Of a stretch of DNA of 48,202 nt, positions 19,079-30,644 are shown piece after piece. This DNA is from Candidatus Limnocylindrales bacterium (GTDB lineage: Bacteria > Vulcanimicrobiota > Vulcanimicrobiia > Vulcanimicrobiales > Vulcanimicrobiaceae). The first letter of the stretch is position 1. Each line of letters begins with the position of its first letter. The notes under the pieces are model-generated. The model saw nothing but the letters and a program-made list of their open reading frames with translations. It was not told the origin of the DNA and searched no databases. Made by a program: the position numbers and the translations under genes. Location: positions 1 to 48,202 of the forward strand of contig DATHLN010000136.1 of the NCBI GenBank assembly GCA_035488115.1. The letters run 5' to 3'.

Positions 19079-19857
19079 TAGGCGAGTTCTCCCAAATACG
19101 CGCGCTGGACGGCTTCGTTGGCGCGGATCTCCTGCGGCGTCCCGATCGCCAGCACCGAGCCGGTCTGGAACACCGTGATCGTGGTCGAGATGGCCATCAC
19201 GACGTCGATGTCGTGCTCGACGAGCAAGATCGTTCGTCCGGGCGAGATGCGCTGGATCAGGTCGACGGTCTCGTGCGTCTCGGTCGGCGACATCCCGGCG
19301 AGCGGCTCGTCGAGCAGCAGCACCGGCGGATCGGTCGCGATCACGAGGCCGATCTCGAGCCGGCGCTGGTCGCCGTGCGAGAGGTTCTCTGCCCGCGCGT
19401 CGCGCGCTTCGAAGAGGCCGACGTCGTGCAGCACCTGCTCGGTCTTTTCGGCCAGATTTCCCATCCGCGCCGTCGGGAGGAAGAAGTTCGCTTTCCCGTC
19501 GTGGACCGCTTGCACGGCCAGCCGCACGTTCTCGTAGACCGTCAGGTGGCCGAAGATGTTGGTGATCTGGAACGAGCGCGCGATCCCGAGCCGCGCGCGC
19601 TGGTACGCGAGCAGCGAGGTGATCTCGCGGTCGTGGAACCAGATGCGCCCTTCGCTCGGCGGCAGCAGCCCGCTGAGCAGGTTGAAGAACGTCGTCTTCC
19701 CCGCGCCGTTCGGCCCGATGATCGTCCGCACGCCGCCTTCCGGGATCTCCAGCGTGACGTTGTTGACCGCGGTGAACCCGGAGAAACGCCGCGTCAAGCC
19801 TTGGGTCTTGAAGACGTAGCCGGTACCGGCGCCGGTCGCCGGAGCGGTGGCGGCCAT
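19078..19857 (-). CDS. livG: ABC transporter ATPase (LivG-like)
   Basis: GPNGAGKTT, LSHGDQRRLE, VEHD and AYLG. Confidence 0.88.
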   Translation of the reverse strand: MAATAPATGAGTGYVFKTQGLTRRFSGFTAVNNVTLEIPEGGVRTIIGPNGAGKTTFFNLLSGLLPPSEGRIWFHDREITSLLAYQRARLGIARSFQITNIFGHLTVYENVRLAVQAVHDGKANFFLPTARMGNLAEKTEQVLHDVGLFEARDARAENLSHGDQRRLEIGLVIATDPPVLLLDEPLAGMSPTETHETVDLIQRISPGRTILLVEHDIDVVMAISTTITVFQTGSVLAIGTPQEIRANEAVQRAYLGELA

Positions 19858-20981
19858 CAGTGCGACGCCTCCGTCGCCGGCGTCTCGTCGACCGGCGGCA
19901 GCTCTTCCGCCATGTCCGTCTTGACGCGCTCGGTGCGCGAGAAGTACCGCTTGAACGCCGTCCCGAGCCCGTAGTGCCGCACGTCGTCGAACAATCCCAT
20001 GATCCCGCGCGGCCCGACCAGCACGATGACGACGAAGACGACGCCGATCCAGGCCTCCCAGTACTTGGTGAGCTGGGAGACGTTGTTCTGGATCTCGTAG
20101 TAGACCGACGCGCCGAGGATCGGCCCGAGGAACGTCTGCACGCCGCCAAGCATCGACATCATCACGACGTTGCCGGAGTACTCGACCGAGCCGGCGTCCG
20201 GGTTGATCGCCTGCTGGTAGTACGTCCACAGCCAGCCGCCGATCGCCGGGAAGAGCGCGGAGAGCACGAACGCGTTGACGCGGTACTTGTCGACGTCGTA
20301 GCCGAGGAACCGCGCGCGCTGCTTGTTCTCGCGGATCGCGTGCAGCACGCTGCCGAACGGTGAGTGCAGAATATAGTACAGCCCGCACAGCGCGAGGAAC
20401 ACCGCGGCCGCGGTGAACCAGTAGAAGTGCATCGAGTCCTGCAGCCAGCCGAGGCCGGTCGGGTTCGGGCGCGCGATGTTCTGCATCCCGTCCTCACCGC
20501 CGGTCAGGTCGCTGAAGCGGTAGGTAATGAAGAAGATCACCTGCGCGAACGCCAGCGTGATCATCGAGAAGTAGATCCCGCTCGAGCGCGGGATGATGAT
20601 CCGCGCCAGCAGCCACGCCCACAGCACCGCGACCACGACGGAGATCAGCAGCGCGACGAACAAGTTGTTCGTCGCGTCGTGGTGCAGATGGCGGCCGAAC
20701 CAGACGACGTCGAAGCCCTTGGAATAGAGGGCCGTCGCGTAGGCGCCGATGGTGAAGAACATCGCGTGGCCGAACGAGAGCTCGCCGACGTGACCGAAGA
20801 GCAGGTTCCAGCCGCTCGCGAAGAGCGCGAAGATCACCATCGTCGTCGCGATCCCGACGAACCCGCTCCAGTTCCCGGTGAACGGGTTGGCGCCGGCGAC
20901 GTACGGCAGGACCACGAACAGCACCGCCGTCCAGAGTAGCGGGTGCAGCAGGAACCCCGCGACGGGATTCGGCTTGCTCAT
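19857..20981 (-). CDS. livM: ABC transporter permease (LivM-like)
   Basis: LSFGHAMFF, YFSMITLAFAQ, TGGEDG and AIRENKQRA. Confidence 0.88.
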   Translation of the reverse strand: MSKPNPVAGFLLHPLLWTAVLFVVLPYVAGANPFTGNWSGFVGIATTMVIFALFASGWNLLFGHVGELSFGHAMFFTIGAYATALYSKGFDVVWFGRHLHHDATNNLFVALLISVVVAVLWAWLLARIIIPRSSGIYFSMITLAFAQVIFFITYRFSDLTGGEDGMQNIARPNPTGLGWLQDSMHFYWFTAAAVFLALCGLYYILHSPFGSVLHAIRENKQRARFLGYDVDKYRVNAFVLSALFPAIGGWLWTYYQQAINPDAGSVEYSGNVVMMSMLGGVQTFLGPILGASVYYEIQNNVSQLTKYWEAWIGVVFVVIVLVGPRGIMGLFDDVRHYGLGTAFKRYFSRTERVKTDMAEELPPVDETPATEASH

Positions 20982-21856
20982 TCGAACAGGCCCTCGACGC
21001 CGAACAGGCCGCGCGGCCGCACCAGCAGGATGAGTCCCATGATGATGTAGCCGGTCATCTCGACCGCCGGCGGCCAGAGCAGCGCCATCAGGCTCGTCAG
21101 GATACCGATCAGCAGCCCGCCGACGATCGCGCCCCAGAACGAGCCGATCCCGCCGACGATCACGATCACGAACGTCAGCACGATCCACTGCGAGGCCAGG
21201 CTCGGCTGGATCGCGTAGATCGGCGCGGCGAGCGCGCCGGCTAGCCCGGCCATCAGGGAGCCGATCCCGAACACCAGCGTGAACATCATCGGCATGTTGA
21301 TCCCGAGGATCTTCACCATCTCGGCGTCGCGCGTCCCGGCGCGGATGATCATCCCGATGTTCGTCTTGTTCAGCAGCAGCCAGACGAGCGCGAGGATCAC
21401 GATCGTGAGCAGCACCAGCAGCACGTCCTTGTAGAACGGGAGCTGATAGGAGCCGATCGAGATCGAGTCGGGCATGTAGGCCGGCGTCGAGACGCGCACG
21501 GCGTCGTCGCCCCAGACCTTTCGCACGATCTGGGCGAAGATGAGCGCCGTCCCGAACGTCAGCAGCAGCGTGTACTCGGGGATCCGCTTGTAGAGCGGCC
21601 TGATGAGCGTCGACTCGAACAGCATCCCCAAGGCGCCGACGATCACCGCCGAGACGAGGATCGCCGGCCAGAACCCGATCTTGTCGTTCAGCTGGAACAT
21701 CAAGTAGGCGCCCAGCATGAAGAACGAGCCGTGAGAGAAGTTGATGACGCCCATCAGCCCCAGGATGATGTTCAGACCGAGCGCGACGAGGATGTAGAGC
21801 ATCCCCAGGGTGACGCCGTTGACGAGCTGATCGAGGAGCTCAGGCGCCGAGAGCAT
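20978..21856 (-). CDS. livH: ABC transporter permease (LivH-like)
   Basis: NGVTLG...ALGL, INFSHG, VGGIGS and RPRGLFG. Confidence 0.88.
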   Translation of the reverse strand: MLSAPELLDQLVNGVTLGMLYILVALGLNIILGLMGVINFSHGSFFMLGAYLMFQLNDKIGFWPAILVSAVIVGALGMLFESTLIRPLYKRIPEYTLLLTFGTALIFAQIVRKVWGDDAVRVSTPAYMPDSISIGSYQLPFYKDVLLVLLTIVILALVWLLLNKTNIGMIIRAGTRDAEMVKILGINMPMMFTLVFGIGSLMAGLAGALAAPIYAIQPSLASQWIVLTFVIVIVGGIGSFWGAIVGGLLIGILTSLMALLWPPAVEMTGYIIMGLILLVRPRGLFGVEGLFE

Positions 21857-22070
21857 GCCGAGGAAAGGGATTTCGAGGTCCTCCGGGCTGCGCGGAAAGA
21901 CCCTCCGTTCGCCCTTCGGGGGCCCGCTTCCATGCTGCACCTGCGCCGGGTTTGAAACTTGCTGATCCCGCCGAAAGTTAAGAGGAGACCTAATGCCGCG
22001 CGGGAGCTTTCGAGACCCGGCGGGGTTGGGCGGCAGGAGCGGCCCTCCGCTCAGGAGATTCGTACGACCA

Positions 22071-24572
<2,502 letters not shown>

Positions 24573-24585
24573 ATTGCGAATGAGC

Positions 24586-24616
24586 GGCCCCGTACGGAAG
24601 TGCGGGGCCCTTTTTT
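24586..24616 (+). terminator. Intrinsic terminator after clpC
   Basis: ggccccgtac-ggaa-gtgcggggcc hairpin followed by T6. Confidence 0.85.
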
Positions 24617-24632
24617 GCCGAACACCGATAGG

Positions 24633-27600
24633 TTGACCCCGTACGCGCTTTGGCGGTCCCGCCTTCCGGCGGTGATCGGAACTTGGTTCGCACGTGACCT
24701 GACCCGCGCAGCGCTCGCCCTCGTGGACGGAGGGCGCGTCGTCTTGCGCTCGGTCGAACCGGGCCGCATCGAAGCGACGGTGAAAGACCGCGTCCCGGTC
24801 GCGACGTCGGTCGAGTGGGCGACCGGCACGGGCCCGCAGGCCTTGCGCGCGGTCTGCACCTGCGGTACGACCGGCGTTTGCGAGCACGTCGTCGCGACGC
24901 TGGAGGTCGTGCGCAGCGCCGAGGAGGCGTCGTTGCCCGAGGCGACCGGGGAGAACGGCGAGGCCGAGCTCGCCTGGCTTCCGGACGCGGAGCAGGATGC
25001 CGCCCGCGCCCGCGCCCGCGCGGTCTGGCCGGTGCTCGCGCTCGGAAACGGCGGCTCGCTGACCGGGACGCTGTACCTCGACACGCCGCGCTTGCGCGGC
25101 GTGATCCGCGATGCCGACGCGATCCTCGCGATGATGGACCAGACGCCGCCCGACGACTGGGACGACGTCGACCGCACGCTGCTGCGCGACGACGCGGTGC
25201 AGGAAGCGTTCGGCTCACGGTCGTCCTCGAAGGCGCTGGCGCGGGCGATGTTCCGGCTGGCGCGGCATCCGCGGCTGCGGTTCGACGACGCGCCCGGCGA
25301 GAACCGGCATCCCTCGGAGCTCGCGCCGTTCGCGGTCGAGACGCGCGGCGTGAAACTCCGCGCGGAGCGCGTCGGCTCACGGTTCGTCCCGGCGCTCGAG
25401 GCGCCGGACGGTGCGCGCGTCTCGCCGGCGGACGCGGCCATCGTTGAAGGGCCACCGGCATGGGTCGTCATGGGCCGGACCGCGTATCTGCTCGACGGAA
25501 CGTTCGATCCGCGCAAGGTGATCGCGGCCTCGCGCGCGGCGACGAACGGTGCCGCGCCGGCCGACGACGGCGGAATGCCGACGGTGCGCGCGATCGCGCG
25601 CGTCGCGCCGTTCCTGACCGACCGCGAGCGCGCCGGCCTCGGCGTCGTCGACGCGGAGCGCCCGGCGCTGATCGTGCGCGCGGCCTGGCGCGAAGGCGCG
25701 CTGCTCGCGCGCGTCGCGTTCGTCGACCGCGCGACCGGCGCGCACGCGCCGTTCGGCGCACAGGGCGCGGTGAGCGCGAGCGCCGGGCGCTTCGTGCGCT
25801 GGGCGCCCGAGGTCGCACGCGGCTTCGCCCGCCGCTTCTTGGAAGCGGGGTTCGTACCGCGCGGCACGGACGGATTCGCGCTGCACGACGCCGACCGCGC
25901 CGCGGAGATCGTGCGCACCGTCTGGCCGTCGTGGGACGACACCGAGGTGCGTCTCGACGAATCGCTCGCCGCGCTCGCTGGCGGCGGCAAGGTGGACGTC
26001 TCGGTCAGCGCGACCGCCGCCGAAACCGGCGACTGGTTCGACCTCGACGTCTCGGTGTTCGTCGGCGGCGGCGAACCGCTCACGCGCGAAGAATTGCGCG
26101 CGCTCCTCGGCGCAAAAGGCCGCTACGCGGAAGTGCGCGGCAAGCTGGTCGACGTCGGCGACTTGCGTTCGCGGCAGAACTTGTTGTCGGAGCTGACCGA
26201 CCGCCGCCGCACGGGACTCGCATCGCTCGTCGCGATGCGCGACGAATTGCACGAAGCGTTCGGTGACGTCGCATTACCGGAAGAAGTCGAAAAGATTCGC
26301 GAGCGTTTGCGCAACTTCGAAGGCATTGAAGAAGTTGAACCTCCTGAGGTGTTGCAAAACGTTTTGCGCGACTATCAGCGTCGCGGTTTAGACTTCTTGT
26401 CGTACTTGTCGTCGTTCCGCTTCGGCGGAATTTTGGCTGACGACATGGGCGTCGGTAAGGCCGCCCCCCTACACAACCGTGCCATTACGCCGCGCGGTGT
26501 GCGCCGATTCGGCGATTTGCAAGTCGGCGATGAAGTGATGGGCCGCGACGGCCTTCCGCACAAAATCGTCGGCGTTTACCCGCAAGGTATACTTCCCGCT
26601 TTCCGCATCACGTTCAGCGACGGTTCCTCAACGCTGTGCTCTGATGATCATCTCTGGGCAGTGAACTCGGCAGTTCGCAAGAAGCGCGGCCTGCCATATC
26701 GCGTACTCAGCACGGCGCAAATTCGCGAGCGGTTGCACGATGCGGCCGGAAACGCCCGCCACTACATACCAATCGCGGACCCGATGCACTTCGGACAGCG
26801 CCCGAAGCTTCCAATAGACCCGTATTTGCTCGGCTGTATCCTTGGCGATGGTGGAATCACCGCCCGCAACAGTCTTTCGTTCACCACCGCGGATACCGAG
26901 TTGCTCGAAGAATGCCGATCATTACTGCCGACCGGCTCAGATTTCTTCGCAGTCAAAGACCGACCGTATAAATTCCGGATTGGGAGCGTGGTGCGCGGTA
27001 GACGCGCGCTCCTTGACGCCCTCGACGAGCTGGATTTGGTTGGTCTTGGTTCGTCGATGAAGTTCGTGCCGTCTGTGTATAAGACGGCATCTCTTCGGGA
27101 CCGTCTCTCCCTTCTTCAGGGTCTTCTCGACACGGACGGCACAACGCAGCCCCAAAACGGGAATGTCGAATTTACGTCGACCTCGGATCAACTTGCGCAG
27201 GATGTCGCGTGGATCGTCCAATCGTTGGGTGGGATAGCGCGCATGCGCTACAAGGCGCAGCCGAAGTACATGTACAAGGGCGAGCAGCGGATCGGTAAGC
27301 CGGCGTACCGAGTCGGGATCTCGCTGCCACCGGAATTCGCGCCATTTCGCTTGGCGAGAAAAATGGCGCGCTACACGCCGCGGTCGAAGTATCTTCCGAC
27401 GCGCGCCATCGTGAGTGTTGAGTACGAGCAAGACTGTGAGATGATGTGCATTGCGGTCAATGCGCCCGATAAGCTGTTCCTCCTCGACGACTTCATTGTC
27501 ACGCACAATACGGTGCAGGTAATCGCGCACGTGCTGCGGCGGAAGGAGCACGAGGGCGAAGTTCCTGTGCTCGTGATCGCGCCGACGTCGGTGACGCACA

Positions 27601-28817
27601 CGTGGGACAACGAGATCAAGAAGTTTGCGCCGTCATTACGCACGCTTCGGCTACAGTCGGGGAGCGATCGGGCGGCGAAGTACGACACGATCCACGACTA
27701 CGACGTCGTGATCACGTCGTATGCGCTCGCGCGGCTCGATGCGCATCAGCTCGAGCGGTTCCGCTTTCGGACGCTGGTCCTCGACGAGGCGCAGAACGCA
27801 AAGAACCCCGCCTCGCAGATCGCCAAGGTCGTGCGCGGTTTGCAGGCGGATCACCGGCTTGCGCTGACCGGTACGCCGGTCGAGAACTCGCTGCGCGATC
27901 TGTGGGCGATCTTCGGGTTCGTCGAGCCGGGGCTGCTCGGGTCGGAGACCTCGTTCCGGCGGCGGTTCGAGCTGCCGATCGCGGACGGCGACGAAGGCGC
28001 GGCCGCGGCGCTGCGTTCACGGCTCGAGCCGTTCCTGCTGCGGCGGACCAAGGAAGACGTCGCGCGCGAGCTGCCGGAGCGCACGGAGGCCGTGATCGAG
28101 TGCGAGCTCACGCCGCTGCAGCGGCGGCTGTACCGCGGGATCGCGGAGGCCGCGCGGCGCGACGTGCTCGCGAAGTACGACGAAGAAGGCGCCGAAGCGG
28201 CGACCGTCCACGTGCTCGCCGCGCTGACACGGCTGCGGCAAGTCTGCGCCCACCCCGGCTTGCTGGTGCCCGAGTATCTCGAGGATCCCGAGGCGAGCGG
28301 GAAGTTCGACGCGTTCATCGAGACGGTCGAAGAAGTCCTCGACGGCGGTCACAAGGTGCTCGTGTTCAGCGCGTTCGCCTCGATGCTGCGCATCATGCGC
28401 ACCGCGCTCGAACGCAAGCAGATCGCGTACGGCTATCTCGACGGCTCGACCAAGGACCGCGACCGCCAGGCCGAAGTCGACCGCTTCATGGCAGACGGCG
28501 GTCCGCCGGTGTTCCTGTGCTCGCTCAAAGCGGGCGGCGTCGGGCTGACGCTCACCGCGGCGGACTATGTCGTGCTGTACGACCCGTGGTGGAATCCCGC
28601 GGTCGAACGTCAGGCGATCGACCGCACCCACCGCATCGGTCAGACGCGCCCGGTCACCGCGTACCGCATGGTCACCGCCGGATCGGTCGAGGAGAAGATT
28701 CGCGCGCTCGCCGAGCGGAAGACGGCGCTCTCGAAGGCCGTTGTCAAGGCCGACAGCGCGGTTGCGAAGACGCTCACACGTGAAGACCTCGCCTTCCTGT
28801 TCAGCGATCCGGAGTAG
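24633..28817 (+). CDS. SWIM zinc finger SNF2/DEAH helicase containing an intein
   Basis: CTC...CEH (SWIM), LRDYQ, LADDMGVGK|T, LDEAQ, LTGTPVEN, LKAGGVGL and QAIDRTHRIGQ; start codon uncertain. Confidence 0.92.
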   Translation: MTPYALWRSRLPAVIGTWFARDLTRAALALVDGGRVVLRSVEPGRIEATVKDRVPVATSVEWATGTGPQALRAVCTCGTTGVCEHVVATLEVVRSAEEASLPEATGENGEAELAWLPDAEQDAARARARAVWPVLALGNGGSLTGTLYLDTPRLRGVIRDADAILAMMDQTPPDDWDDVDRTLLRDDAVQEAFGSRSSSKALARAMFRLARHPRLRFDDAPGENRHPSELAPFAVETRGVKLRAERVGSRFVPALEAPDGARVSPADAAIVEGPPAWVVMGRTAYLLDGTFDPRKVIAASRAATNGAAPADDGGMPTVRAIARVAPFLTDRERAGLGVVDAERPALIVRAAWREGALLARVAFVDRATGAHAPFGAQGAVSASAGRFVRWAPEVARGFARRFLEAGFVPRGTDGFALHDADRAAEIVRTVWPSWDDTEVRLDESLAALAGGGKVDVSVSATAAETGDWFDLDVSVFVGGGEPLTREELRALLGAKGRYAEVRGKLVDVGDLRSRQNLLSELTDRRRTGLASLVAMRDELHEAFGDVALPEEVEKIRERLRNFEGIEEVEPPEVLQNVLRDYQRRGLDFLSYLSSFRFGGILADDMGVGKAAPLHNRAITPRGVRRFGDLQVGDEVMGRDGLPHKIVGVYPQGILPAFRITFSDGSSTLCSDDHLWAVNSAVRKKRGLPYRVLSTAQIRERLHDAAGNARHYIPIADPMHFGQRPKLPIDPYLLGCILGDGGITARNSLSFTTADTELLEECRSLLPTGSDFFAVKDRPYKFRIGSVVRGRRALLDALDELDLVGLGSSMKFVPSVYKTASLRDRLSLLQGLLDTDGTTQPQNGNVEFTSTSDQLAQDVAWIVQSLGGIARMRYKAQPKYMYKGEQRIGKPAYRVGISLPPEFAPFRLARKMARYTPRSKYLPTRAIVSVEYEQDCEMMCIAVNAPDKLFLLDDFIVTHNTVQVIAHVLRRKEHEGEVPVLVIAPTSVTHTWDNEIKKFAPSLRTLRLQSGSDRAAKYDTIHDYDVVITSYALARLDAHQLERFRFRTLVLDEAQNAKNPASQIAKVVRGLQADHRLALTGTPVENSLRDLWAIFGFVEPGLLGSETSFRRRFELPIADGDEGAAAALRSRLEPFLLRRTKEDVARELPERTEAVIECELTPLQRRLYRGIAEAARRDVLAKYDEEGAEAATVHVLAALTRLRQVCAHPGLLVPEYLEDPEASGKFDAFIETVEEVLDGGHKVLVFSAFASMLRIMRTALERKQIAYGYLDGSTKDRDRQAEVDRFMADGGPPVFLCSLKAGGVGLTLTAADYVVLYDPWWNPAVERQAIDRTHRIGQTRPVTAYRMVTAGSVEEKIRALAERKTALSKAVVKADSAVAKTLTREDLAFLFSDPE
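26460..27509 (+). mobile_element. 350-aa class 3 intein with LAGLIDADG homing endonuclease, inserted in Walker A (GK|T)
   Basis: Begins with Ala after MGVGK and ends VTHN before Thr. Block B SDDHLW, block F MMCIAV, LAGLIDADG motifs LGCILGDG and LQGLLDTDG; lower GC than host. Confidence 0.93.
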
Positions 28818-29040
28818 GCGCCAAATCTAGCGCTGCCGCGGCGTAGACGGATACTAGACGCCGCCTCGGCAGGATGACGCAAGAGGCAGCGGTCACGATC
28901 GCCGCCCGCGGCGATCACATCTCGTCTCGCGACCGTCTTCCAGCCCAGCGTTAGCTGCTCAACCCCTCACCGGCGCTGCCGATGATAGACGTACGCGACG
29001 CGCATGGATCAGCGCGCCGCTCATCATCACTCGTACAAGG

Positions 29041-29451
29041 ATGTCTTCCATGAAACGCATCGTTCTTGCGCTGGCGCTGGCGGTTTCGTTCGCCGCGCCT
29101 GCGTTCGCCGAGCCGTCGGCCTATCTCGCACCCGCCGACCGTTATTTCGGCCGGCTGAAGATGAGCATCCTGGGCGTTCGCAACTCGATCAAAGACCTCG
29201 CAGCGCGCGCGGACGCGCACCCGGAAGACGCGGAGCACATCTACGACAAAGCGGTCCTCGTCGAAGACGCGCTCCACGACTGGCAGAAGCACTTCCCCCG
29301 TGATCCGTGGATCCCCAAGTACGCCTACAGCCTCGCTCAGCTCTACGGGAAGCTCGACCTCGACGATGCGCGCGTGCGCAAGAACGACACGCTGGACTGG
29401 TTGATCGCCACCTATCCGGAGTCTGAATATGCAATGCTTCCGCGTGACTAA
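29041..29451 (+). CDS. Hypothetical secreted helical protein (paralog A)
   Basis: Signal peptide; APADRYFGRLKMSILGVRN...DWQKHFPRDPW. Confidence 0.8.
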   Translation: MSSMKRIVLALALAVSFAAPAFAEPSAYLAPADRYFGRLKMSILGVRNSIKDLAARADAHPEDAEHIYDKAVLVEDALHDWQKHFPRDPWIPKYAYSLAQLYGKLDLDDARVRKNDTLDWLIATYPESEYAMLPRD

Positions 29452-29833
29452 GATCGCCGCATTGGCGATGATGCTCGTCGCGTGCCTCGCTCCGGCGGTG
29501 CGCGCGGCGAACATGAGCGATCTCGCCCCGGCCGACCAGTACTTCGGCCAGCTCAAGATGAGCGTGCTCGGCATCCGCAACGAGCTCAACGCGCTCGAGC
29601 GCCGCGCGGTCGGCGGCGACCGCAACGTCGCCGCGATGAACGGCAAGCTCGCGATGGTCGACGACGCGATGCGCGACTGGCGCCGGCACTACCCGCGCGA
29701 CTCGTGGCTCCCGCGCTTCGAGGCGCAACGCGCGCGAGTCGCCGGCTACATCGCGTCCGCGGGCTACGGCCGGCGCTACGTGCCGACGGCCGACACCGCA
29801 ATTCGCATCTGGAACTCCATCCCGCACCGATAG
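29444..29833 (+). CDS. Hypothetical secreted helical protein (paralog B)
   Basis: Signal peptide; APADQYFGQLKMSVLGIRN...DWRRHYPRDSW. Confidence 0.78.
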   Translation: MTKIAALAMMLVACLAPAVRAANMSDLAPADQYFGQLKMSVLGIRNELNALERRAVGGDRNVAAMNGKLAMVDDAMRDWRRHYPRDSWLPRFEAQRARVAGYIASAGYGRRYVPTADTAIRIWNSIPHR

Positions 29834-30628
29834 TCAGGACGGTCGCGGCGCGGGCGGCGCGGGCGGGGGCACCGGCGCCGCCGGCGTCCCCGGCGTACGG
29901 TCGCGCATCTCGCGCTGGATGTCGCGCAGCTCGCGCTCGACCTCGCGGAGCCGCTGCTCGAGATCGGGGCGCGCCGTGAACGGCTGCACGTACAGCGGAC
30001 GGAAGGTTTGTGCGTTGCGCAGCGCGCGCAGCGCCCGTTCCATCTCGGCCGAGACGATCGGCGAGGGGATCACGATCGGATGCGCCTGCAGGTCGCGGAG
30101 CGCGCGCTCGACGTCGCGCGAGATGACCGGCGCCGGGATCGCCGGCGGGTTGATGAAGACGCCGCGCAGCCGGCCCTCGGCGTACGAGAGCGGCATCTCG
30201 CGCAGATCGCAGCCCGTGCAGCCGCGCAGGAAGCGCTTGTAGTCGGCGCCGACGATGCTGCGCGCGTCGAGCCGGACGCCTTCCATCACGACGCCCTCGG
30301 TCTTCGCGCGGGCGAACGAGGTGTTGCGGAAGCGAACGCCGGTGAAGCGCGCGTTGCGCAGGTCGGCGTCGTCGAACTTCGCGTCCTCGAGGTCCGCGCC
30401 GACGAACGAGGCGCCGTTCAGGTTCGCGCGGGAGAGGTCGACGCCGCGCAGGTCGGCGCCGACGAAGTGCAGACCGTGCAGGTCGCGGCCGCGGAGATCG
30501 TGCGGGAAACGGCAGCCGGCGCACGAGTTCACCAGCTGGCGGACGAGATCGTCCTCGGCGCTCGCGGGCGCGCCGGGCGGCAGAACGAGCAGCGCGAAAG
30601 CCGCGATCAGAACGAGACGGCGGAGCAT
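29834..30628 (-). CDS. Secreted pentapeptide-repeat protein with CxxC motifs and divergent coiled-coil/Pro-rich tail
   Basis: Signal peptide; CAGC and CTGC; A(D/N)Lxx repeats. Confidence 0.85.
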   Translation of the reverse strand: MLRRLVLIAAFALLVLPPGAPASAEDDLVRQLVNSCAGCRFPHDLRGRDLHGLHFVGADLRGVDLSRANLNGASFVGADLEDAKFDDADLRNARFTGVRFRNTSFARAKTEGVVMEGVRLDARSIVGADYKRFLRGCTGCDLREMPLSYAEGRLRGVFINPPAIPAPVISRDVERALRDLQAHPIVIPSPIVSAEMERALRALRNAQTFRPLYVQPFTARPDLEQRLREVERELRDIQREMRDRTPGTPAAPVPPPAPPAPRPS

Positions 30629-30644
30629 GATGGGGTCCTTTCTC

